A DNA stretch of 27,222 nucleotides, from positions 1 to 27,222 of the IMG/VR virus record IMGVR_UViG_3300028638_000208, one strand, 5' to 3'. Positions 9,100 to 18,308 of this stretch are shown here, piece by piece (the stretch's first letter is position 1; each line of letters begins with the position of its first letter). The notes beneath the pieces are model-generated. The model had not been told where the DNA came from. It saw only the letters and a program-made list of their open reading frames with translations, and searched no databases. The position numbers and the translations under genes are program-made. This DNA comes from a virus. Lineage: Duplodnaviria > Caudoviricetes.

Positions 9100-11256
9100 A
9101 ACTTCTGAAAAATACATCTTTTGTGAGTTCTTCCTTAGATTTTTTAATTTTTCTTCTCTTAATTTAGCCGCTTCAATAATATGTAAGGTTAGACTGTTGG
9201 CGTATAAAGCATAAGAACACGCTGTAAATAAATCATAATCTGTCATTGTTTCATAAGATACAGATAAACATTCCTCTAAATAATCGTTATGGAACTCATG
9301 TTGACAATTGGCTAATAAATAGTCTTGCGATACTGTAAATAGATTGTCTTTTGTGAGGTCATTGGTTACTGCACCTGAATTGTCTTTGATTTTTTGTTTC
9401 TTTTCATCGTATTGGTGTAATAAATAAGCACCATATCCTCTTTTTCTAAATCCATCTTGAATGTGTGGATGGTTCATCTCTGGAAACATATAACAACCAT
9501 AAAACACACACATTTTTATCATGTCGTCTATATACTCATCCTTACTCGGTGGTCTGTTATTATATGTACAACAAAATCTATTTGTTTTGTATTTAAACAT
9601 TACATCGTTCCACTCTTTTTCTGTTAATATCTCTAATTCAATTTTGCTTAATGGATTTTCTAATATAGGATTATATCGCATAAATACCGCACCTCCTCCG
9701 TTTGAACCCTCACCCTCTGTTTTATCAAAATTAAAAGTGTCACCTCCTGCCACAAAAGACATACTGTTTGATGGTTGCTTTTTACCTGCTTTTATTTTGT
9801 ATAAATTTCTTTGAGTTTCAGGCAAAAGATAGCTAACTAAAAATTTACCCGATTCGCTGTTGGGTATAAACTCAACCTCTGTGTCTTTTATTCCGTTCTT
9901 CCATAAAAAATCACCTCGTATAAGATAATCATTGCCATTAAAGAAAAAATTTAACCTGCTGTTTAGTAACCCTTTATCAAAAGGACAACTCCCTGAATCT
10001 ATAATAAAACATTCTCTTGTTGAATAAGGATTTTTTCTTATGTTCCTTATATATGCATTTGAACCTTGTTTAAAGTCATTGCGCTCAATATCTAAATTTT
10101 TCTTCGATTCTTTTAGAAGAGAATTACCATAAGCATCTATTTTTAAACCATCATACGCAGGAAAAAACAATCTCCATAATCCTGTTGCTGTTGAACCTAA
10201 TTCATTTTTTTCATGATAACTTGACCCTTTCCATATATCTTTAAATATTTTTAATCCATACCTACCTGTATCTTCCGATGTAGTTGTATGAATAGAAAAA
10301 CCTGTCCTTTTTCCAAAAGGGTCTCGCATTGCAGGTTTTACTGTCTGCCACCTTTGCATGGCATCAACCACCTCTAATTTACCCTCTTCGTCTGATATGT
10401 AAAACCCTAAATATGTACTATCGTAAGCCGATGCTTTGGCTGAACGAAAATCAAGCCAACTTCCTAATTCTAATTGCTCATTAAATAACTCGCCATCGTT
10501 TAGTTTAAACTCTAATTTGTTAGAAGGGTCTCTTAGAAAATGGTTGTGTAGTGGCTGGAAAAAATATGGCATACCCTTCCATCCCATAATAACTTTATCA
10601 AACAAATCTCCTGCATCCGTGTCGTTTTTGGATTGAATACCACAATGTCTGTTTATCATTCTTGACATTTCTTCAAATAAAGCACAAGCGGCTCTTATTG
10701 ACTTCCCATCTTTCCTTTTTGTCATCTCGACAATACCTAAACAAGCATCATCTTTTAACCCCTCTGTCATAAAATGAAAGTATCGTCTTTCTTTATCTCT
10801 GTAAGTTGGCTTACCCTCTATTATCGACCAATAACTTAGCCAATAATACATTTTGCCTGTAATATAGGTTCTTACTCCGTTATTAAAGAACCAAACACCA
10901 TTTAACCTCCTATCCCATTCCGTAAGATACCAATTCCATAGGTCATTGTATTTACTTTTGTTGTTTCTTAATTCTTTATGGATTTCATCGGCAAAAATCT
11001 TTCTGTCGGGTTTTTTTGTAACTATATTATTGTGTCTTGAAACTTCTTTGTAAATTCTATTTTCAAGGTTAGACATCCTTTCAGGCTTAGGTATTATTCT
11101 CCATTTTTGATTAGATGTGGCTGTTTTGTTAAATAAAATATCTTTATCATTAGGAATATCAGGACACTTAAAAACAATAGGTGTTAAATCTTCATCTAAG
11201 TCATTTACTATAATAAATTCCTCTTTGTTGTTATATTTCCTATCTAAAATATACAT
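9085..11256 (-). CDS. terL: Terminase large subunit
   Basis: 723 aa. YITGKMYYWL, Walker A TKRKDGKS, Walker B YISDEEGK, RNase H-like nuclease FVAGGDTF and C-terminal DYDLF. Confidence 0.9.
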   Translation of the reverse strand: MYILDRKYNNKEEFIIVNDLDEDLTPIVFKCPDIPNDKDILFNKTATSNQKWRIIPKPERMSNLENRIYKEVSRHNNIVTKKPDRKIFADEIHKELRNNKSKYNDLWNWYLTEWDRRLNGVWFFNNGVRTYITGKMYYWLSYWSIIEGKPTYRDKERRYFHFMTEGLKDDACLGIVEMTKRKDGKSIRAACALFEEMSRMINRHCGIQSKNDTDAGDLFDKVIMGWKGMPYFFQPLHNHFLRDPSNKLEFKLNDGELFNEQLELGSWLDFRSAKASAYDSTYLGFYISDEEGKLEVVDAMQRWQTVKPAMRDPFGKRTGFSIHTTTSEDTGRYGLKIFKDIWKGSSYHEKNELGSTATGLWRLFFPAYDGLKIDAYGNSLLKESKKNLDIERNDFKQGSNAYIRNIRKNPYSTRECFIIDSGSCPFDKGLLNSRLNFFFNGNDYLIRGDFLWKNGIKDTEVEFIPNSESGKFLVSYLLPETQRNLYKIKAGKKQPSNSMSFVAGGDTFNFDKTEGEGSNGGGAVFMRYNPILENPLSKIELEILTEKEWNDVMFKYKTNRFCCTYNNRPPSKDEYIDDMIKMCVFYGCYMFPEMNHPHIQDGFRKRGYGAYLLHQYDEKKQKIKDNSGAVTNDLTKDNLFTVSQDYLLANCQHEFHNDYLEECLSVSYETMTDYDLFTACSYALYANSLTLHIIEAAKLREEKLKNLRKNSQKMYFSEVQTIL

Positions 11257-11885
11257 TATCTTTTAGGCATTTTTACTTTACCTTTTACTACTAATTCTGT
11301 AATTCCCTCTACTCTTGCATATTTTAATAAATCATCGTCAACTTCTGATTCTATTATCTTATCAGACATAAGAACTACTTTCTTTAACTCATTTATTCGA
11401 TTTAACATCTTTTCTAAAGAACCTTGTGTTTTTTCTGTCATTATAATCGCATCTGAAATATCACCTTCTCTTAGATTTCTTTCCATTTCAAATAATAACT
11501 TATCATAGGCTATATATGAAGTGGCTAACAATGCGTATTCTTGTGATTTCTGCATGGTGCAAAATCGAATACACATCTTATTTGCCGTAGAACTATCTCC
11601 GTTAATTATTCGCTTAACACCACTTGAAAATTTACTAAAACTTTCTTCTAACAGAAATTCAAAGGCTTTTATCTTTCTATCATTTATATTATCATAGTCT
11701 TTTACCATAATACTATCTTTATGGTAAACTAACTCCATATAATTGAAAAATAAATCTTCCTCTATTATTACAAGGTTTTGGTTAAATTCGCTATATAAAT
11801 TTAATGTATTCCATAGTTTACGAACACCTTTTGGATTACCAAAAGGATTCCAATATAAGTTATCAAAATCCTCTTTTTTATACAT
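11256..11885 (-). CDS. Hypothetical protein, possible terminase small subunit
   Basis: 209-aa helical protein whose stop overlaps the TerL start; assignment by position only. Confidence 0.4.
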   Translation of the reverse strand: MYKKEDFDNLYWNPFGNPKGVRKLWNTLNLYSEFNQNLVIIEEDLFFNYMELVYHKDSIMVKDYDNINDRKIKAFEFLLEESFSKFSSGVKRIINGDSSTANKMCIRFCTMQKSQEYALLATSYIAYDKLLFEMERNLREGDISDAIIMTEKTQGSLEKMLNRINELKKVVLMSDKIIESEVDDDLLKYARVEGITELVVKGKVKMPKR

Positions 11886-11890
11886 ATAAT

Positions 11891-12148
11891 CTATATTTTA
11901 AACAAAATATCACTCTGTTTAATTAACAATAAAGTTTCTCCTTTGATTTCTATTTCGGTAGGACTTCCGTTTCTGTAATAAACCTCATCTTGTGGTTTAT
12001 ACATCATAGGTTCATTCGGTTTACCTGTACCTACTTGTAAAACTAAACCCTTGTTCGGCTTTTGTTTCATATAATCAGGCATAAATAATATTCCATTATC
12101 CTCTTGTTGTATAGGCTTTATAAGTATATTGTCAAAATATAGTACCAT
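11891..12148 (-). CDS. groES: Co-chaperonin GroES (Cpn10), single domain
   Basis: DNILIKP...GILFMPD...QKPNKGLVLQVGTG...TEIEIKGETLLLIKQSDIL; adjacent to GroEL. Confidence 0.9.
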   Translation of the reverse strand: MVLYFDNILIKPIQQEDNGILFMPDYMKQKPNKGLVLQVGTGKPNEPMMYKPQDEVYYRNGSPTEIEIKGETLLLIKQSDILFKI

Positions 12149-12152
12149 AATA

Positions 12153-13715
12153 TTAATAAATTACACATTCTGAAATTAAAAACATAGTAGCAGAAGATGA
12201 CGCATTTTCTAAAGCCACCCTTATTACTTTTATAGGGTCAACCACTCCTGATTCTAATAAATCCTCTATATTGTTTGTTTTAGCGTTATACCCCAAATTA
12301 GGTGTTTTTTTGATTTTTTCTGCTATTTCTTCTATATTTTCTACTCCAGCATTCTTTAATATTTGAGAGAAAGGCTGTAATAGTGCGTATTTTACAATAT
12401 CTACACCTAAGTCATAATCTTTATTGCCTGAAAATTTTAGGCTGTCAGATGCCCTTAAAAGAGATGAACCGCCACCTGCGATATATCCTTCCTCTATTGC
12501 CGATTTAGTTGCTGAAACTGCATCGTCTATTCTGTCTTTTCTTTCTCGCATTTCTGTTTCCAAAACTCCACCTACTTTTATGGTTGCCATGTTGTTTTGT
12601 AATTTGGCTAATCTGATTTTTGCAAACTCTATATCTCTATCTTTACTGTCATTGTTGTCCTCAATAAGTGTTTCTAACTCTTTTGTTGTTTCTATGTATT
12701 TAGGTATATCTCTTTTGCCATCAATGATATAGGTTGTGTTTTTTTCACAAATTACTTTACTTGCTGTTCCAAGATGTTTAAATTGAACCTTATCTAAATG
12801 CATACCGGTAGCATCTGATATTACAGTCGCTCCAGTACAAAGTGCTATATCTCTTAATAAAACACTTTTTTCTTCTCCGAAAGATGGAGATTTTATAATA
12901 CAAGCCTTTAGTGTTCCTCTTTGCTTGTTTAATGCTATAAACTCTAAAGCACCACCTTGTATATCATCAGCAATTAATAATAACGATTTATTCAGCTTTA
13001 CAACTTCGTTTAATATTCCTTGTATTTCTGTTGGGTTTTGTATTACTTTCTCTACTATTAAGATTTTAACATCGTTAAGTTCTGCCCTCATTTTTGGCAC
13101 ATTGGTAATAAAATCATACCTAATATAGCCTCTATCAATCATTAACCCCTCTGTTATGGATACAGATGTTTCATGGTTGTTCGATTCTTCTATTGTAACG
13201 TATCCATTTTTACCAACTTTACTAAAGGCATTAAATAATAATTCTCCTATAAACTCATCGTTATTAGCTGATATGGTGGCAATATTTTTAACTATATCTA
13301 TGTTTTCTACCTTAATAGAGTTTTCTTTTAAATACTGTATAGTCTGTACAACCGCATCTTCTACGCCTTTCTTCAACTCTAAAATGTTCACATCTTTTTT
13401 CATCAACTGCTCATTACATTTATCCACTAATGCTTGTAATAAAACCGAAACAGTTGTAGTTCCATCTCCTGCTTGTTCTACTGTCTTTATCGCCGCTTCT
13501 TTTACCAAAGTTGCACCCATGTCCTCAACAGGGTCTTTTAAATAAATACTGTTTGCGACTGTAACACCATCTTTTGTAATGTATGGTCGATTGTTAGAGG
13601 TTCTGATAATAACATTCCTACCCTTTGCACCCAATGTTACTTTGATTGCATTTGCTGTGGTGTCTATGCCTTGTTTAATTTTGTTTCTGCCTTCTTGTGA
13701 AAATAAAAAATCCAT
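12153..13715 (-). CDS. groEL: Chaperonin GroEL (Cpn60)
   Basis: VTLGAKGRNV, ITKDGVTVA, AGDGTTT, EGYIAGGG and GVVDPIKV; 520 aa, lacking the GGM tail. Confidence 0.97.
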   Translation of the reverse strand: MDFLFSQEGRNKIKQGIDTTANAIKVTLGAKGRNVIIRTSNNRPYITKDGVTVANSIYLKDPVEDMGATLVKEAAIKTVEQAGDGTTTVSVLLQALVDKCNEQLMKKDVNILELKKGVEDAVVQTIQYLKENSIKVENIDIVKNIATISANNDEFIGELLFNAFSKVGKNGYVTIEESNNHETSVSITEGLMIDRGYIRYDFITNVPKMRAELNDVKILIVEKVIQNPTEIQGILNEVVKLNKSLLLIADDIQGGALEFIALNKQRGTLKACIIKSPSFGEEKSVLLRDIALCTGATVISDATGMHLDKVQFKHLGTASKVICEKNTTYIIDGKRDIPKYIETTKELETLIEDNNDSKDRDIEFAKIRLAKLQNNMATIKVGGVLETEMRERKDRIDDAVSATKSAIEEGYIAGGGSSLLRASDSLKFSGNKDYDLGVDIVKYALLQPFSQILKNAGVENIEEIAEKIKKTPNLGYNAKTNNIEDLLESGVVDPIKVIRVALENASSSATMFLISECVIY

Positions 13716-13732
13716 ATTCTTAATTTTAATTT

Positions 13733-14734
13733 TTAATTGATAGCGAAATTAATATCTTTTCTTTGAATTATAGTAATTTCTTTTAATTTTTCATTCTTTA
13801 AGAGTGAATTATTGCCTATCATCATTTTTTTTGTAGGTTTAAAATTTACTAAGTCGCCTACTTTTATTGATAAAAAGTTTTCATTTATATCATAAAACAT
13901 ATATCCGCTATTAGGTTTGGACATAAAGACTACCTCGCCGTAGCCCCATTTTTTTAAATTCTTGCTATCTAAATTTACAGAATATAAACCCGATTCCATT
14001 TCCTTACTTTCAGATATATCTTCTACTTTTAATCCCAAAAACCCATTTATAAAACTTATACCCTTTTTATCCTCTTTTGCATAACATAAGTCATATCGGA
14101 TAATATACAGCCTTTCTTTTGTTATTTCATCTACTATAACATATCCCGACACTAAAGCCCCCTCAATGGCTAAATAATGGAAATGTACTATATCTCCATA
14201 CTCTAAATCTACTTTGTTTTCATAAACTGCAAAACCTAATGAGTGGTTGTTGATTTTTCTAATAAAGTCATCTGAATATAGGTCTTTATTTCTAAGTTGT
14301 TCTCCACAATGTATTAATTTTTGTGGTGGAGTAATTACTTGTGCAAAGGTGTGATTAAATCGTTCTTTTTGCCAAGATGTATCAAATACTAAACTTCCTA
14401 CGCCCGATTCTCCTCTTTCGGTAATTGTTTTTACTAAAACGTAATTGTAAGGTATTTTATAATTTCCATTATCTATAATACAAACAACATCGGTATTTTC
14501 TATTATCTCATATCGTTCATTATTGATATTAACTTCGTAGCCTACATACTTATCGTACAAAATTATGTCTCCTACTTTGCAAGAATCAAAATCATCTGTT
14601 TCTTCCGATACAGCTATAACCTCTGCTTTAGATTCTAACCTTTTAAAGTTTTCAGGCAAAAGCAAGTTGTTTTCGTTTATTGTGTTGTATTTGAATGGTC
14701 TTATTAAAACCCTACCTTTTGATATTTTTATCAT
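13733..14734 (-). CDS. Tandem three-domain GroES-like co-chaperonin
   Basis: Three Cpn10-like repeats (aa ~1-87, ~92-220, ~226-333). Each has a first strand (GRVLIRP / NYVLVKT / GFLGLKV), an A/G-x-V strand, a GD motif (KVGDIILY / EYGDIVHF / KVGDLVNF) and a terminal II..D strand. Confidence 0.75.
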   Translation of the reverse strand: MIKISKGRVLIRPFKYNTINENNLLLPENFKRLESKAEVIAVSEETDDFDSCKVGDIILYDKYVGYEVNINNERYEIIENTDVVCIIDNGNYKIPYNYVLVKTITERGESGVGSLVFDTSWQKERFNHTFAQVITPPQKLIHCGEQLRNKDLYSDDFIRKINNHSLGFAVYENKVDLEYGDIVHFHYLAIEGALVSGYVIVDEITKERLYIIRYDLCYAKEDKKGISFINGFLGLKVEDISESKEMESGLYSVNLDSKNLKKWGYGEVVFMSKPNSGYMFYDINENFLSIKVGDLVNFKPTKKMMIGNNSLLKNEKLKEITIIQRKDINFAIN

Positions 14735-15402
14735 AAGAAATTTCCTCTTTGAAATGTTGAACCTAAAATTACGCCTTTATTTTTTTCTTTTTTTTCTTTT
14801 TCTTTTTTTAACTTATTAACTATATGTTCTTTTAGCTTTATAGTGGATATATTATTATTTATCGTTTTATGATAATTCATTGTTTCTGTTATTACTCTTT
14901 TTATTCCATCTATACTGTTATTTACTAATAATATATCTATAAACTCTTTATCTTCTAATACGGTAGTATCTCTAAAATTAAAGTTTTTTTCTTTTTTCTC
15001 TTTATTTATATATACTGTATTATTAAATACTGTATTATTATCCTTTAACTTTTCTTGGGGAGGGTATTTAACTTTTGTTAAAGGGGGGTATTTAACTTTT
15101 GTTAAAGGGGGTGTGTAACAAATATTAAGTACCCTGCGTTCAATTTCTTTTGAATTTTCCTTGTAAATAAATGTCGATTTTATGTACTTTTTATCAATCA
15201 AAGATTTTATAATCAGGCTTACCCTTGTTTTACTTAAACCAAAGAATTTAGCAAAATATTCGTTAGAAGCATAACAACCATCATTATTATCAAGGCTGTT
15301 GATTTCAATGAAAAATATTTTTTCCTGTAAGGTTAAATTTTGGTCAAACCACAATTCTTTTGGAATCCAAATTCCCTCAAATTTTCTATTTAAATTTTCC
15401 AT
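14731..15402 (-). CDS. Replication initiator-like HTH protein (phage replisome-organizer type)
   Basis: FEGIWIPKELW...LTLQEKIFFIEINSLDNNDGCYASNEYFAKFFGLSKTRVSLIIKSL winged HTH, followed by internal DNA repeats and an Asn/Lys-rich linker. Confidence 0.75.
   Translation of the reverse strand: MENLNRKFEGIWIPKELWFDQNLTLQEKIFFIEINSLDNNDGCYASNEYFAKFFGLSKTRVSLIIKSLIDKKYIKSTFIYKENSKEIERRVLNICYTPPLTKVKYPPLTKVKYPPQEKLKDNNTVFNNTVYINKEKKEKNFNFRDTTVLEDKEFIDILLVNNSIDGIKRVITETMNYHKTINNNISTIKLKEHIVNKLKKEKEKKEKNKGVILGSTFQRGNFL
15044..15109. repeat. Iteron-like tandem repeats (putative replication origin)
   Basis: Two exact 24-bp copies of GGGTATTTAACTTTTGTTAAAGGG (15062-15085, 15086-15109), each with a TTTAAC-N4-GTTAAA dyad, plus a partial copy at 15044. 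Next to a very AT-rich tract. Confidence 0.7.
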
Positions 15403-15410
15403 AATAAAAT

Positions 15411-15501
15411 AAAAAATGCCTTTCGATTATCAGTTCGGATTGCCGTACGAACTTCAAATCAAAAGGCAAGTAAATTATTGATACAAATCGGCAATCGTAT
15501 C
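15411..15501 (-). promoter_or_regulatory. Structured 5' leader: two hairpins with complementary loops plus terminator-like U tract
   Basis: Stems 15417-28/15457-68 and 15432-37/15448-53, small hairpin 15480-84/15497-501, and complementary loops GATTGCCG / CGGCAATC. Confidence 0.6.
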
Positions 15502-15511
15502 TTTTCCTTTA

Positions 15512-15519
15512 CAAAGATA
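15512..15519 (-). promoter_or_regulatory. Bacteroidota -7 promoter element TATCTTTG
   Basis: Exact TAnnTTTG just upstream of the structured leader. Confidence 0.6.
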
Positions 15520-15553
15520 GATAATTATTTTTATTTACTCATAAACATATTCA

Positions 15554-15796
15554 CTATTCTACAATTATTCTAACACTAGCACCTATACCTTTGGCTATTA
15601 AAATCAATGTATCATAAGACGGATTCTTTTTCATATTTAATACATCACTTAAAAACGTATAACTAATACCTATTTCCGAACACAAAACTCGTCTTTTAAT
15701 TTTTTTATGCTTCATTATCATAACTAAGTCGTTAATTATCTGAACCTTATTACTTTCTAAAATAGGAATTAAATCTGTGTGTTTATTTTTTTTCAT
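15554..15796 (-). CDS. XRE/Cro-C1 family HTH regulator
   Basis: RRVLCSEIGISYTFLSDVLNMKKNPSYDTLILIAKGIG is a typical HTH_3 pattern. Confidence 0.85.
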   Translation of the reverse strand: MKKNKHTDLIPILESNKVQIINDLVMIMKHKKIKRRVLCSEIGISYTFLSDVLNMKKNPSYDTLILIAKGIGASVRIIVE

Positions 15797-15825
15797 TTTT
15801 TTAATACTACTTGTTTAAATTTTAT

Positions 15826-15841
15826 TATCTTTGCAAATGTA
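15826..15841. promoter_or_regulatory. Abutting opposed -7 promoter elements
   Basis: TATCTTTG (+, 15826-33) is directly followed by CAAATGTA (TACATTTG on -, 15834-41) in the divergent intergenic region. Confidence 0.5.
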
Positions 15842-15864
15842 ATACTATTTTAAATACTTTCATT

Positions 15865-16851
15865 ATGAATCTCGATTTTAAATACCAAGAAGAAAAAACC
15901 CAACCTAAAGAGTGTAGAATAATACCACTACACCCATTGCAAGTAAAAGCAATAAATTTAGAAAAACATGTAGAAGAATTTATTGCATGGAGACAGGTAG
16001 CCAAAAATACTGCAATGAATTATCGTTCTGTTTTAAACAAAATGTTAAAAGAGTGTGGTGAGCCATTAAACTGGAACTGCATCCAAGATTATATTAATTC
16101 TTTGCATTATAATTACAAAGAATCTCACGTTTTCAGAGTGTCTAACACTTTAAAGAAATTCTTTGAATATTTAGATTCTCATACTGAATTTGAGAATAAA
16201 GTTTACAATAGGCTGTTTATTAAAAAATATAGATATGAGGGTGGAAATAAAGATGTTATTTCAGATAAGAAGTTTTTAGAAATATACAAATTATTCGACT
16301 TTAGAAAATCGGCAGATATAAGAGATTATGCCATATTAAAACTACTACAATCAACAGGAATGAGGGTAGGAGAGCCATTTCGTATTAAGATAAGCGACAT
16401 TAAGACTATTAGTGATGCTTTTGGCAATAACTACACAATAATAGACAGTACACAAAAGGGGGGCAGAAGATTAGTGTGTAGAGTACACGATGGCACATTA
16501 AAAGCCATAAACACCTACCTTAGAACAAGAGGTTTTTATGATAAAAACGAGCCTTTATTTATACAGCATAAATTTCATTTTAATAAAAACGAAAGATATA
16601 AACCTTTAAATGTTACAGTATTTTGCAAGAGACTAAAACAATTATTTGAAGCAGTTGGATTAGAGGATTATTCAAGTCATAGCATACGTTATACAGCCGC
16701 TTTTAAAACACTTAATGCTACAAATGATGAAACTAAAGCATCGGCAAAATTAGGACACATAAGCCCAAAAACAATCCAATACTACACACATAATTATAGA
16801 TTAGAACTTAATGCTATTAATGATACCAATATTGAGTTAAATACAAAATAA
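15865..16851 (+). CDS. Tyrosine recombinase, XerC/XerD-like
   Basis: Catalytic set present: STGMRVGE (R), QKGG (K), HSIR (H-x-x-R), KLGH and TIQYY (Y); N-terminal core-binding domain. Likely start is the ATG at 15865. Confidence 0.9.
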   Translation: MNLDFKYQEEKTQPKECRIIPLHPLQVKAINLEKHVEEFIAWRQVAKNTAMNYRSVLNKMLKECGEPLNWNCIQDYINSLHYNYKESHVFRVSNTLKKFFEYLDSHTEFENKVYNRLFIKKYRYEGGNKDVISDKKFLEIYKLFDFRKSADIRDYAILKLLQSTGMRVGEPFRIKISDIKTISDAFGNNYTIIDSTQKGGRRLVCRVHDGTLKAINTYLRTRGFYDKNEPLFIQHKFHFNKNERYKPLNVTVFCKRLKQLFEAVGLEDYSSHSIRYTAAFKTLNATNDETKASAKLGHISPKTIQYYTHNYRLELNAINDTNIELNTK

Positions 16852-16856
16852 TACCT

Positions 16857-18308
16857 ATGTCAGATTTAAAGTTAGAATTTTCAATATTAGGTGCGATAAT
16901 CAACGATGAACCCAATAAGGTTATTGCAATTCAAAAAATAAACAAGAAAGAGTTTTTTGAGTATAAAATATCTCAATACGTTTTTTCTGCGATTTATGAC
17001 TTATTTATTAACCAATCAGAGGTTGATTTTTTTACAGTAAAAGATAGGTTAATAAAGAATAATCATTATCAACAAATAGGTGATGATGTATATAGTGAAA
17101 TAACAAGCAATACACTTAGTCTTCCAACACTTGAATTAAGGATAGAAGTATTAAAAAAAGACTATTTATATAGGGTTCAAGTAGATGTAGCCAAAGACAT
17201 TTTAAACAAAGCACAAAAAGGCGAAATACCTCCAGATGAATTAATTTTAGAAGCCATAAATTCATTAGAAAGTTCTTTGTATGGAGAAAATATTGATACA
17301 TCTAAGCCTGTTGGAATATTATTAAAAGATATGATGCTTGGATTGTTAAATGAATCCGAAAAAGAGTTAGGATACACAACAGGGTACAAAGAAATAGACG
17401 ATTACTTTACTTTATTACCAGGAACACTGGTTACGTTTGCGGCACGTTCATCGGCAGGGAAAACGGCTTTTTTACTTCAAGTGTTAAGAAGATTATCTTT
17501 TTTAAACAACATACCTTGTGCGGTTTTTTCATTAGAAATGAGAGCAAGTGCGTATGTTACAAGAATAACATCTGCTCATCTTAAAATAAATTCGTATGCT
17601 TTTAGAAACAATTTATTAGGCGACAAAGATAAAGACAGGTTTCATAATTTTGTTACCACTTTTTCTGCATCACCGCTATTTATAGACGATAATCCCGAAT
17701 ACGATGTACACTCTATTTTAGCAAAGATTATTGTTTTGGCTATAACAAAACACATTAAGGTCTTTGCAATAGATTATCTTACTTTAGTAAAATTACATTA
17801 TGAAACAAAGCAAACTACTAAAAGCGATGCTATTGGTTATTTTACGTTTGCTTTAAAAAAAATAGCAAGAAAACTAAATGTTACAATAATTATATTACAA
17901 CAATTAAATAAAGAATTAGACAAAAGACCCAATCCTCGACCTATAATTGGCGATTTAAAAGATTCAGGTTCTATTGAGAATGATTCAGATGTAGTTGTTT
18001 TGTTTTACAGACCCGATATGTACACTCAAAATATTTTTGAAGCAAGAAGTAAAGATGAAAGAGATACATACGGACATTTAGAGGGTAAATATTTTTTGTT
18101 ACATAAAAACGGAAGAAATATAACTCCAATTGAAATGTCAAATAAATGTGAAGTTATTGTAGCAAAAAACAGGGAGGGAAAAACGGGAAGTTTATTTTTT
18201 GATTTTATAAAAGGGTATGGGGGTTTTGATTATAACAATGAATTATCGTCAATTTTAAATAATAAAAAAAATGAATCAAACACAAACAACACAGACATTG
18301 CATTCTAA
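16857..18308 (+). CDS. dnaB: Replicative DNA helicase
   Basis: Walker A AARSSAGKT, FSLEM, IDYL, LQQLNK, DLKDSGSIENDSDVV and VAKNREG. Confidence 0.95.
   Translation: MSDLKLEFSILGAIINDEPNKVIAIQKINKKEFFEYKISQYVFSAIYDLFINQSEVDFFTVKDRLIKNNHYQQIGDDVYSEITSNTLSLPTLELRIEVLKKDYLYRVQVDVAKDILNKAQKGEIPPDELILEAINSLESSLYGENIDTSKPVGILLKDMMLGLLNESEKELGYTTGYKEIDDYFTLLPGTLVTFAARSSAGKTAFLLQVLRRLSFLNNIPCAVFSLEMRASAYVTRITSAHLKINSYAFRNNLLGDKDKDRFHNFVTTFSASPLFIDDNPEYDVHSILAKIIVLAITKHIKVFAIDYLTLVKLHYETKQTTKSDAIGYFTFALKKIARKLNVTIIILQQLNKELDKRPNPRPIIGDLKDSGSIENDSDVVVLFYRPDMYTQNIFEARSKDERDTYGHLEGKYFLLHKNGRNITPIEMSNKCEVIVAKNREGKTGSLFFDFIKGYGGFDYNNELSSILNNKKNESNTNNTDIAF

Noticed and set aside
3212-14819. Short plus-strand ORFs opposite the virion and chaperonin genes, and the minus ORF 3746-3928
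   Set aside because: Antisense or alternative-frame shadows of well-supported genes.
15865-16851. Calling the recombinase an integron integrase (intI)
   Set aside because: The IntI-specific insertion is not visible and the gene is not adjacent to the array.
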